Positions 24,683 to 35,699 of a stretch of 64,000 bases of DNA are shown here, piece after piece (position 1 is the first letter of the stretch; the number at the start of each line of letters is the position of its first letter). The notes beneath the pieces are model-generated. The model searched no databases, was not told where the DNA came from, and saw only the letters and a list, made by a program, of their open reading frames with translations. The position numbers and the translations under genes were made by a program. The DNA is from Rhodosorus marinus CCMP1338 (Eukaryota; Plantae; Rhodophyta): contig JAMWBK010000002.1 in NCBI GenBank assembly GCA_029953675.1, forward strand, positions 2,356,001 to 2,420,000. The letters run 5' to 3'.

Positions 24683-26060
24683 TAGGGTTGTCATTTCCGT
24701 CCGATAAAGCGAACGTCCGATTGCGTACGAAACAAGTTTATCGGACCTGAATAGAAAAGGGCGACTCGATCCGAGATAATCGGACCTGAATAGAGAGGAG
24801 TGACTCGATCCGAGTTTATCGGACCTGAATGGAAAAGAAAACAAAAGCACCGTCCGATACACCGATAACGACCGATTGCCATTTGATATATTTCAATCAA
24901 CAACGTATATTGATTGGATATCAATCTTCTTTTTCGGGACAGTGCGTCCGTGCATGGTCGATCGCTGTCCCGGACACTTGGACTTCGCTTGGCTAGGCCT
25001 CATCACTCGCACAAAGCGGCAGATTATTGACCTGCTAAGAATATCTTGTTATGTCCGAGTAGCCATAACGCAATGAACAGGGCAAGGAGTAGAAAGAGGA
25101 GAGAAGGCGGTGGCCAACTATGTTGTGAGGAGAGTTTGAGGCTATGAACTGAACCGCAAAGGAAGTTGAACCGAGGGATTAAATCCTTCGGATTATCCGA
25201 GGTTTTGAGTGCCCATAGATTCCCCCCCGGCCGATCGCCTCTTCTTTGCTCTTCGCATGTTTAGGATATCGTTTTGGCCCCGGTGCCGTGAGGATGAAGG
25301 AAGCACAAGCAATATCGAAGCGCACAAAAAGAACTCACCTCGAGAATAAGGGCGGTTGAACTCCGACACAGGGCTAAACTAAGAGGGCACCATCAAGTCG
25401 ATCCCCAAAGTACTCCGCTGCCGGAGGACGCGAGAAAACTCCCTTCGGAATGCGCGCTTGTTCTAGTCCAAGCCATCTTAACTGTGACGCCTCAGCCTTT
25501 CAGCAATGTCCGGCTGAGCGCCAAATTATGCTCGGCCTGTTCCAGAATCTCTGGAGGTGCTAGACTCTGTGATATTGCATCCCGATGGAGTAAGGGTATA
25601 AATACGATGGAATAGATGATGCTTGCGAGGCTAGGCAGAAGCAGCCAAGTAGAAAAAAGAACCAGAGTTCGGAAGGAAAGTTAGATTTGGGATATACTAC
25701 CTAATTAGGGAGTAATTAGGAGGGAAGTAAATCTTGAATTGTGGAATAATTGAGACAGTACCCAGGTGGACACCTGGGACGTGTCATCTGGTCTCATCGC
25801 ATGGTTACGATTGAGGAACAACGAACCTGAACCTGAATGAGCCCAAGAACCTGATGACCTGAACCTGATATAGCCAGAGCCTGATTCCGAAGCCCGCAAA
25901 ACGATCATGGCCAGTTTACATCGAGGCACCCCAGCCGATGGTCAGCTATCGGACGGCCAAATCGGACCTTTTCTTAAATAACGAATTTCAATCAGACACC
26001 CCAAATTTTCTATAGTATATCCAACAAAAAATAAGTATCGGACTGTCAAGGACAACCCTA
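24683..26060. mobile_element. Non-autonomous or decayed hAT-like DNA transposon (about 1.38 kb)
   Basis: Left end TAGGGTTGTC-atttcc-GTCCGATA (from 24683). The reverse complement of the right end is TAGGGTTGTC-cttgaca-GTCCGATA (26051-26060 is GACAACCCTA). TCGGAC/GTCCGA subterminal motifs repeat near both ends. There is no exact 8-bp target-site duplication (CATATTAG vs ATTATTGT). Confidence 0.6.
24737..24837. repeat. 39-bp tandem repeat, about 2.6 copies, in the left subterminal region of the element
   Basis: Units start at 24737, 24776 and 24815 with consensus TTTATCGGACCTGAATAGAAAAGGGCGACTCGATCCGAG. Confidence 0.85.
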
Positions 26061-26504
26061 ATTATTGTCAACCAGACACCGAAAATAGTTGAAATCTAGG
26101 TATATATTAAGAGCGCATAACCCTTAATAAGGACTTCCGCCTCCTAACACGCAGTTCGGTATCTCATTTCTTGGGAGCGATGACAAAGTATAGAACGACA
26201 ACCCAGACGAGCGATGACTGGCCCAATGCACTGTCCACTCGACCGCTGCGGATTATGAAGTAAACTGGCAAACCTTGAAGGCACTCACCTAATACTTGGA
26301 AGCGGTGCTTTCAAGGTGGAGCTGAACGCGAGGACGATCGTTCCAATGATGGCGAAAACGCATGTCCCCAGCATTCGACTGTGAGATTGTGCAAGCAGCC
26401 GAGACTTAGAGAAGGAGTCTTTCTGAAGCATTCGTGTCGCACGACGCAATAGGCGACCTGTCCATGCGAATGGTACTTTCGATTCCTCTCGCGTTCTGTT
26501 TCAA

Positions 26505-27234
26505 TCAGATATCTACAATGACGTACACGTCAACTCTGTCTTTCCCTCTCACAACTGTTGTATTTGATTTGGTGATCGCCTTGACCTCGGTTCCCTATTT
26601 TCACGTTGAAACGATCGAGGTGGATTTTCAGCTGTGTTCAGGTGAGTCATCATCAGAGTCAGAAGGAGTTGCTTACCTGTGAGTGCTTCTTCGGATCGAA
26701 CGTGTCTCCTGAACTGTCCGCGGACACCTCCCATGATTGCGACTTCGGATCAACTTTCAACTCTAGGTTGTAGACATTCTTAGTCACGATACCATCAAGC
26801 ATAAACCTCAAGAGGCAAGTATCCAGAAGCCCTTCGAGAGCAGACCTTTCGTCCCCTTTTCCAGTTGCTGAGATCCGTTTGCTGACTGGCTCCTCCACCT
26901 TGGCCAAGTCCGTCATGTACGCACTCATCCCCCTCGCGCAGGCACAGAAGGCGCCTTCGATAGAGGACGCCCAGGCGTGAATTATAACGTCTGCCGGATG
27001 ATCTTCAAAAGTGAATCCTCCTTCACTAGTTTGTCCGCCTTCTTGGTGCCCGCCCTGTATGACGGCCTCCGCACCGTCCAAACCCAACGCTTCCCTCCCA
27101 GCACATTCAGCAAGCTCCGCGGTTCTTGGAGCTGGTGCGTCGATCTGGTCCTGAATTACCATCTCAGAGAACCGCAGACGACGGAGCTGTCTCTCTCGAC
27201 GTCCCAGTACCTCCCACTCTACATCCGGTTCCAT
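26505..27234 (-). CDS. ZBTB8OS: Archease (RtcB tRNA-ligase cofactor), 2 exons (27234-26677, 26594-26505; 215 aa)
   Basis: FEDHPADVIIHAW and GDTFDPKKHSQ; after the intron 26595-26676 (GTAAGC...ATAG) comes GTEVKAIT...VYVIVDI-stop, the hallmark archease C-terminus. Confidence 0.88.
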
Positions 27235-27548
27235 TCTTACGCCTCACACGTCTCTCAAACCTTCCAAGTCAGCTGCTTGCGGAAGACAAAGTACTTGCGC
27301 GTCATTGGGAACACCTTCTGGTCGTCTGAATGATAGTTGGCTTCCCCCAGCGGATTATGAATGGAAATGTCAAACTCTCAACCTCCGTGGCTGCCCTCAG
27401 ATCCTCAGCGGTATCGTTGATCGCGCTGCTCGTTGATCTATTGATCAATTCGCCATTTGTAAGTAAAAAGTTCCGATCGAACCAGAGGTCTGATGAGAGA
27501 GATCTGGGGTTTGGGTTCAGAGTACTTGAAGAGGACAGAATCCTCAGG

Positions 27549-28318
27549 ATGGAACCAATGGATCATATTATGCTGTTTACGAAGTATCCGATCCCTGGAT
27601 ACGCGAAAACGAGGATGATCGGTCTCCTCGGTAAGGAAGGCGCAGCGATGCTTTCGAAGGAGCTGTCCGAGCACATCGTGCGGGTTCTGAGGGCGTCCTC
27701 GAAGGCACGTTCGGCGAGAGGAGACAAGACTTTTATCCGTCTTCTGTATGCTGGCAATTGCTCGCTAGATTCTGTGACTGAATGGCTCGGAACACAGAAT
27801 GACGAGGTTGTGGAACCACAGTCAGATGGGGATCTCGGTAAACGGCTGTCGACGTCTTTCATCGACAGCTTTGAACGGATGAACGCGAAAAAGGTTCGAG
27901 GAGCTCCTCTTTTAGAAGTTTCGTTGCTGAAGCGGGTATCCTTAAATCCATAATCTCAATACATTTGCGAGTTCTTCCATAGGTTCTGGTTGTCGGCTCT
28001 GACATACCCGGTATCAGCGAAGACATAATTCAGGAGGCCTTCCAATTCCTCGATGATGTTGATGTTGTTGTTGGACCCAGTTTTGACGGCGGCTACTATC
28101 TCATGGGCATGCGGCAACCCACTGTGCAAGTATTCCAGAACATTCCGTGGAGCTGCGACCGGACCTTGGAAGCTACCAAACAGAGAATGTCAGAAGCTGG
28201 GCTGTCCTGCAAGGAACTTGGACCTCTGGCAGACGTTGATGAGCCTGCAGACTTCGAAGAGTGGGGAAAGGTGAGCGGGAAGGACAAGGATTACTACCTC
28301 AGCAGATCAGTTGCGTGA
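27549..28318 (+). CDS. DUF2064 / TIGR04282-type GT-A fold glycosyltransferase, 2 exons (intron 27894-27982)
   Basis: FTKYPIPGYAKTRM, QSDGDLGKRL, VLVVGSDIP, VVVGPSFDGGYYLMG, FQNIPWS and LADVDEPADF match the family pattern. The start is uncertain: in-frame ATGs also occur at 27330 and 27357. Confidence 0.85.
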
Positions 28319-29109
28319 TCAAATCGGGCAAGCTCCGCCGAGAACCACTTCCTGGGTAGAGTGATCTACTCCTCATCCAATGAAACGTTTAATAGCGTAT
28401 TCCGAAGAATATCTCATCAGTGCAGCGGAAGTATGCCCCAGCCAAACCTCCCCGCTCCGCAATCGAGCCCTCAATACACCTCCAGATGGACCGGGTGGAC
28501 AGGACGTACTAAATTATGATCTCCCTCCTTATTACTACTCCAATTCTCTACGAATATTAGATTTATTATCTAAATATACAAAATCTAAAAGATGCCATCC
28601 ATTATTTAAGAATCCAATTCCATCGAATATCGCCTCATTTGTTTTACCTTTTTCGAAAATAAAATCAATGTCGATGGTTTGTCCGCTTAAGAGCGGATTG
28701 ACAGCTGTTCAGAAGGCTTTAGTGGCAGCCATGAGAGCGACACGCACGTACGATGCAGTCTGTGTCCACGCAGAACAACCTCTGCCAGATTATGGCTGAA
28801 GTGGGCAGACGCTCGGTCGAGGAATGCAAAACTTAAATACCGATCCCAGTTTTGGATATCTCCAACCTTGAGGGGTATTGGGCTCCATCAGGGCACTAGT
28901 GTGGTCTTCCAGCTTTGCTGCCTTCGCGAGAAGCTCAACTGCGTCATAAAAAAAAGCTATTACCCAGGACTCCAAGAAAATCAATTTCCCTCCAGCACGT
29001 GGGCTCGACTCTTCTCCCTTCCCTCGGACCTCGCTTAGCTGGGAGACAGAATGTGACCAGTTGAAGCCATCACCCCATTCGTTGAAGCGACGGTTATAAG
29101 AGGACTGAA

Positions 29110-29171
29110 ACTTTCTTTTGGGTGTTAAGCACCCAAAAGAAAGTAGCTGGTCTTAAGGACCAGCTACTTTC
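29110..29171. repeat. Two overlapping perfect inverted repeats, each with a TTAAG loop
   Basis: Stem 1 is 29110-29124/29130-29144 (15 bp). Stem 2 is 29139-29152/29158-29171 (14 bp). They share GAAAGT at 29139-29144. Confidence 0.9.
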
Positions 29172-29669
29172 GCTTCCAGAGGCAATCGTATTGGACCTAA
29201 GCCTCTTGACAAGTCCAAACATTCCTCAGCTGAAGTGCGTCTTGTGAAGCTTGCCGCCTGGATGAATTCAGAATGTCTATTTTTTGATGCTGTTTTGGAC
29301 GATCAGGCATTCGGGAAACCAGCATGAATAAAAGCAGAGATGCCAACACGTTTGTGAGGAGGAAGAGGAAGGTGGGGCTTTGGTGAAGAGCTTGGCTTGC
29401 CCGCTTTTATTTTTTAGCTTTTGTTTCAATCTTCTTGAAAGCGTGTTCGGCAACTAGAAATAGTCCGGCTTGTTTAGGGAGTGGATTTCAGTTTTGTTGT
29501 TTTCTTTGTTCTTGCCTCCAGAAAGGAGGTGCGGGAGGGTGTTTAGGTTTGTTGTCTGCTTTTCGGAGTCTGGCGGGGCTTGTGGCCCCGTTATCTCCCC
29601 TCGTTGAAGGTTTGATGGAAGAGGTTAGATGATTCGCGCAATGGTTTTTGGTGCTGTTAAGCTGGAGAA

Positions 29670-32452
29670 ATGGATTTCAGTAGCTTGTTGAACAAAGCAG
29701 GGGAGACCCTGAAGCACTTTGAGAATGACTTCTCGAAGGAGCTGGGGTTGAGAGAGAATAAGGGAGAAGACGGGGATCAAAAGGAAGATGACTTTAATGA
29801 GTGGCAGCCTGAGGAAGTGGAATGGGTGGATTTGGATTCGCATATGGTAGCCACTCCTGGAAGAGTGCGTAGAGGACTTGACCAACACGCATTGATCGAT
29901 ATGATTGAGTACCATCCTAAATAGTGAGTTACTTCCTGCGTTACTCTTAATACTCCCCAGGCCGGAGCTACCGTACTTGAAGGGAAAGCTGAACCCATTG
30001 TAGAGAATGTAGATTCGATTCCAGCGGAAGTTGCGAAAGCCACACCCGCTGCACTGACGATTGAGGACAGACTGGTTAGTATTAAGGAGAAATCTGGGCA
30101 AAAACTCGAGCAGGAGACTGAGGACCAGGAGGACGAACAACCGGAGGACGAACAACTGGAGGACGAACAACCGGTTGACGAACTACCGGTTGACGAACTA
30201 CCGGTTGACGAGCAACCGGAAGACGAACAACCAGAGGACGAACTACCTGAGGACGAACAGCCGGTTGACGAGCAACTGGAGGACGAACAACCTGATGAGG
30301 TCGAGAAGAACGACACTGTTCAGCAGGACGATCCCATTCCGCAAGAAAACCCAAGCGAGTTGGTCGCTAGTCAACCTCAGAAGGACTCTAGTAGTGCGTT
30401 GGAGGCGTTAAAAGAGGAGAACGGTGCTCTGCGGCGCAGTAGTCGTCGACTAGAAGCCGATCTTCAGAAGGCGAAGCGTGCGTTCAGTACAGAAAGTTGC
30501 TTGGCTTTTGTTTTGTGAACTTGCATGTTTCCTGGTTTCTTAGTCGGTCATATTTTAATATCTTTTAGATTCTCTGATTGGCACAGAGCGAAAAGTCAAC
30601 GCTCTGAGCAAGGAGTGCAACTCTCTTCGACGTCAGAAGGATAACAGAGCTGGTGATGCAGCTCTGTTGAAAGAAAAGGATGCCATAATCGACCAGATCA
30701 TGAGGGAGGGCGAGGTGCTCTCTCAGAAGATTGCGGATAGGGAAAAGCAGCTTAAAAAGTTCTCCAATGATATTGGGAACCTGCTCAATGAAAAGAACGA
30801 CATGAAGCAGAAGCTGGGAGCAGCTCAAGCAAAGACTGAATCGGTCACAGCTAAGGTCCGCAAGCTAGAAGTCGCTGAGCGCAGCCTAAAAGAGGCGAAA
30901 GAAGCCGCGGATAGAAGGTTGGTTGAGCTCGAGAGTGAGAATCGATCGCGTGCTAGTACGGCAGGTAAGGACTATGTCACCCCACCAAAAACCTTTTCCC
31001 CACAACCTTCATTCTGAAGTTTGTGCGTGTGACCTACCCAGCCGCGCTGGACGCCGCGAAATCGGAACTGGATGCAATGAGGAGAAACCAAAAACGTCAT
31101 CTTGAGGAACAAGGAATTCGAATGCAAGAAGAAGCTCAGGTCGCGTTTCAGCACATGCACGCGGACTTCGCTGCCAGGGAGGAATCATTGAACAGAGCAA
31201 TTCACGATCTGAGATCCCATCTTGCTCAAGCGAACGACACGGCTGGATGGCGAGAGGTACGTGACTTACTGCCAACGCAAAAGCAGGAGCGAGGGGTCGA
31301 GGCTACTTACGCTGAGCACTTTTTTTTGTTCGCATCAGGATAATCTTCGCCGAGAACTTGATGATGCGAGAAAACGATGCCGGATGCTGGAGAAGCAGAA
31401 TGAAGATCTATCAGCCTCGGTTTCTGACGCAACGAGACCCCTCGTCCGGCAGATTGAGGCGCTTCAGGAAGTTCAGACAGAGAAGAATCTTGCTCGTGAG
31501 TCAGTTGAACGCTCTCAGATGGAAAGAATGCGGGAGTCCGAAATGCTCGCAGTCCAGGCACGAGAAAAGTACGAAATGGCGGAGGAAAGGATTACTTCGT
31601 TGACGGTACGATCAAAGAGCCTCGAAGAACAGCTGAAAGGGGCTCGAGAGGATAGGAACCATGTCGCGTCCGAGCTCGCTGACGTAAGAGAGGAGGTGAA
31701 CGCGAAGGAGAAAGAAATTCAAACACTCAAGAGCACTGTGCGTGACGGTCAAGTGCAGCTGCAAAAGCAGAAGGAGGACGCTGCACATGCGTTGTCAAAG
31801 GAGAGGGGTTCGCATGTTGAGGCTCTTACAGCCGCTGATGAGCGCGAGGAAGCGTTGAAGCAAAAAATCGCGAGGCTTGAGACTCAAATCTCGTTCCTAG
31901 ATCGAGCCTTGAATGATACAAACGACAAGAAAGCATCTGAGGAGAAAAACGACTCTCTTGTCACACAAACGAGTATTCCAAGAGCTGCGATGACCGCGGC
32001 AATGGTAGATGTGGACGGACCAAAGGATTCGGACGCTATATATGAACAGGATCGCAGGAAGACAGCACTGCGACTTAAGACGGATGAGGTATTTGCTGCC
32101 CCCAACCACGTTTCGCCGAACTTCGACTTAGCGAACGAGCTGTTTGTTTTACCAACAGGTTGATGCGCTTCGGAAGCAAGTGGAAGGGAAGGAGAAGGCT
32201 CTTCAAGCTGTCGCGGAGGAGGTTATAAAGCTTACTGTACAACTTGAGAAGGCTAACAAGCAATTGGAGGACTCGCCAGACGCGCTGAAACAACTCGAAC
32301 AGGTACAGGACAAGCTCAACACCATGATGGTTTTGTACGGGGAACGCGATGAAAGAGTCCAAGAGTTGGAACAGGACATCGCAGACGTGACGGCTATGTA
32401 TAAGGAACAGATCAATGATCTCTTGCTGCAGATAGAAAAATCTCAGAACTAG
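29670..32452 (+). CDS. TMF1: TMF1 / golgin candidate 5-like coiled-coil Golgi protein, multi-exon
   Basis: N-terminal MDFSSLLNKAGETLKHFE..., LKEKDAIIDQIMREGEVLSQK, a long coiled coil, and C-terminal MMVLYGERDERVQELEQDIADVTAMYKEQI (TMF TATA-binding-domain pattern). Confidence 0.8.
30129..30293 (+). repeat. 15-bp coding minisatellite, 11 copies, encoding [EV]DE[QL][PL]
   Basis: GAGGACGAACAACCG / GTTGACGAACTACCG variants in tandem within the TMF1-like exon. Confidence 0.9.
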
Positions 32453-32550
32453 GTAGGATCGGTCGGAGAGACGAGATTTTTATAAAACGAATTGTACAGA
32501 AAAAAGAAGCTGGAAAGATGCAAGCGACACCGCTCACCGCTCGACCACTC

Positions 32551-33142
32551 TCAGTTAGTGTTAATACCCCATTTTCGCTCGTCCAGATTTTCGAAAAGAT
32601 CTTTCTGACGATGATGCTTCTCTACAAATTCCTCAAAGCCGCCATCAAGAATGCTCACCTGCGGATGACCGCACGCGAAAGCGAATTGTTCCACAGATTT
32701 CTTGGTGAGAGTCGATTGCATTGAGCAGGTGGGAATAGCAGTTTCCAATCCAGAAGTAGTTCTTACCTTTGGCAGCGGTTGGACGTTCGCCTTAACAAGC
32801 TCTCTATGGAATAGTTTCGCGCAATACGGTCCACGAATTTGACTCATCATGCAGTGAAAAACCACATGCTCCTTGTCTTTGAGCTGGTCGACGTACCTAT
32901 TCGACGTTGAAGAGGAGCCAGGTCAACAAACATCTAATAATTAATTACCTACGGGGAGAAGTTTCTCTTTCAAGTGGGCTCTGTTACTTTTCCACGGAGA
33001 ACTTGAGCTCATCCTTGGGCACGTGCAGAGCTCCCGCAATATTTCCGCCGATGAAGTCCGAGTCTCGAACGTCGACGACGGTGACTCCTCTAGCCCGCAG
33101 CAGCGGAACAAGCTCCTCGCCGCTTAGTCTTGCTATTGACAT
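32551..33142 (-). CDS. Single-domain rhodanese/CDC25-like protein (ACR2/Ibp1-type arsenate reductase or dual-specificity phosphatase), 3 exons
   Basis: VVDVRDSDFIGGNIAGALHVP, active-site loop VVFHCMMSQIRGPYCA (HCx5R) and VSILDGGFEEF. ATG at 33142; stop TGA at 32551-32553. Confidence 0.85.
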
Positions 33143-34302
33143 CACACCTCTAGCCAAAGGTACCACAATGAAAAAAGCTAGCTTCCTTCCCTCCAGGTGC
33201 GTGGGAAGAGCATGTTCGTTTCGACTTCGGCTCCTGAACAGAACCACGTGAGTGTGTGGGAGGCAGCCTAGCGTAGGTCAGACAGCTCTTGGGAAGGTGC
33301 GAACGGATTTCTCGTATGAAAAGAACTATACAGCTGGTCAAGACGGACATTGGAAACTTTGCCATGTTGCTGACCTATTGCATTCATGTATTCTCCATTC
33401 ATTCGGGTGGAGTGTCCACGTACGTGCAGAGAGATACCACGGAGCAGGGCATGAGCTCAATACCGTGCGGTCTTGGCGCAAAAGCCCAGTCCGCACGTTG
33501 AAATAAATGTCCAATCGAAAAAACCAGTGCCAAAGAAATAGAAAAAAAGAAACGGCACATAATTCAACCACACGAACCGCACCGAAACAGACAAAGTTGA
33601 TCTAATCCTCAAGCCTCCCCCCTAGACAAGGAGACAACACACCTCCTCCAGTGCGATGAGTCAAGGAGAGAGAACACTCATCACCATCGCGGGTGGATCG
33701 GGTCTTGGGCAGGCAGACTCCATCCATCCGCTCCTCGTACTCCCTCTCTCCATGTCGAACTCAAAATCATCCAAACCGTAAACAAGACCGCAAACCTTCC
33801 CCAACACCAGTATCACTATTCTAGACCCAAGCATCCCAAAACGAAACATATTCCACAAACTATTCTATAAATTCAACTAAATATAGTCGAATATACTCTT
33901 AAAAAAAGGATATATCAATCCTAGCCTCCCTTTTTAGGGGCAGTCCGCCGGCGGCGACGAAAAATGACTGCAATTGTATTATAAAATATTCTATGTGTAC
34001 TATAATGATTGATGATCAAAGTCCACGGTGAAAAATGGAAGAAAAAATTCGGCCAGCCGTGGATTTTTTTTTTATTACGCCGAATGTTACTACGGTGGTG
34101 GCGCAGAAAAGTTGGAAATTTGGCGAAGAAGATGAAGAGCAGTTGTAGAGTTAGGGCAGTCTTAAAAGACGACTGGATAGTGTCTTTGAGAGAGGAAGGG
34201 GAACGTTGGAAGTATATACAAGAGGATTGGGAAAACTCTTAGTGGAAGGTTTAGGTGGGGTTTGTAGGTGTTTCTGTCTTTTTTTTTGTTTGTTGTGCCA
34301 AG

Positions 34303-35699
34303 ATGACTGCCATTCTTCAGACGAAGAACGAGGACATCGAGAAGATGCTGATTGCGTCGACTCACAACGGGACCAAGAACTGCGAGGTTTTGGTTGAGCC
34401 TTACGTGTGGAGAACGAGGACTGATGATGGTGAGTATATGCAAGCTGAGGGGAAAGAGGAGAATCCGTTCTTTTTTTGCTTTTTTGAGGGGAGGTGTCGT
34501 TGGCTTGTGACGAGGAAGGGGTTTGTTCTTCAGGGGAGGGTAGCCTGTGTTGTCGTGGTTTGGATTGATTAGATTGTAGTGAGAGCTGGCTTCTTACAAG
34601 TGTTTGGGCTTGCTCTAAGATTGTGTTTATTCCTTCGATCCTTACCCAGGAACAAACATTATAAACTTGGAGAAGACGTGGGAGAAGCTCCAGTTGGCGG
34701 CTAGAATTATCGCCGCAATTGAGAATCCGCAGGACATCGTCGCGTTCAGCAAGCGTGAGTATGGCCACCGTGCTGTGCTGAAGTTTGCTGAGTACACGGG
34801 TGCCCGTTGTGAGGCGGGGAGGTGGACTCCTGGACAGCTCACGAATCAGATTTGCCAGAAATACTCGGAGCCGAGGCTTTTGATTGTGAATGACCCGCTT
34901 GTCGACTGCAACGTAAGCCGACTACCCGCGATCCGACACTTGAGAACTTTTACTGATTGTTACGCTTACTTTGCTGTCTTCAAAACGAACTTTAGCCGAT
35001 CCGTGAGGCTTCTTATGTCGGAATTCCGGTTATTGCTTTCGTAGATACGGACTCCCCGCTCCAGTACGTAGATGTTGCGATCCCCGGAAATACGAGGACG
35101 CAGTACTCGATCCCTCTCCTCTGGTATCTCTTGACCAGAGAGGTGAAGTATCTCCGAGGAGAAATTCCTCGAGGGAGGCCATGGGAAGTCATGGTCGATC
35201 TCTTCTTCTACAGAAATCCGAAGGAGCTCGACAAACAGGAAGCACCCGTCGCAGCCGCACCACAGGTAAGAAATCGGTAGTCTTGGCATGTGGTGCAGCA
35301 TGTAGCTAACAAGCGAACCATGATGATGTACGTCCTCAGGTTGTACCAGCGGAGACTTATGATGCAAGTGGCTTTGAGGCACCTGCGTACGGAGTTGGAG
35401 ACCCGCAAATCCAACAAGGAGTAGCCGACTGGGGTACGGGCGGCGGCGAGGCCAACGCCGGATGGGATGATCCCGTACCTGTAGCCGCCGCAGCACCGGG
35501 CGCGACCGAGGATTGGGGTGCCGCCTTGCCCGAGACTACACCGGCCCCGGAAGCTCAAGCTCAAGTCCCGATCGATCCGATGGCGCCATCATGGGATCAC
35601 ATTCAGCCACAAGCTCCCCAAGCCCCCCAAGCCCCCCAAGCCCCCCAAGCCCCTGCACCAGCTGCTGATAACTACGGACAGGATTTCGTTCCTCAGTAA
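34303..35699 (+). CDS. RPSA: 40S ribosomal protein SA (uS2), multi-exon, with a long acidic/Pro-rich tail including (QAP)5 at 35610-35654
   Basis: [49 protein letters not shown] and [11 protein letters not shown]; stop TAA at 35697-35699. Confidence 0.95.

Noticed and set aside
24737-24837. 39-bp repeats as a possible CRISPR array
   Set aside because: The units are directly adjacent with no unique spacers, there are no cas genes, and the context is eukaryotic.
27330-28318. Bacterial contamination or a recent bacterial insert, to explain DUF2064, Tag and DUF815
   Set aside because: Each gene has canonical spliceosomal introns and the same base composition as flanking eukaryotic housekeeping genes.
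29777-30411. Ser-rich, VVRQP-rich and Thr/Asn/Arg-rich ORFs (29777-30316, 30082-30354, 30061-30411)
   Set aside because: They are antisense or shifted-frame readings of the 15-bp coding minisatellite in the TMF1-like gene.
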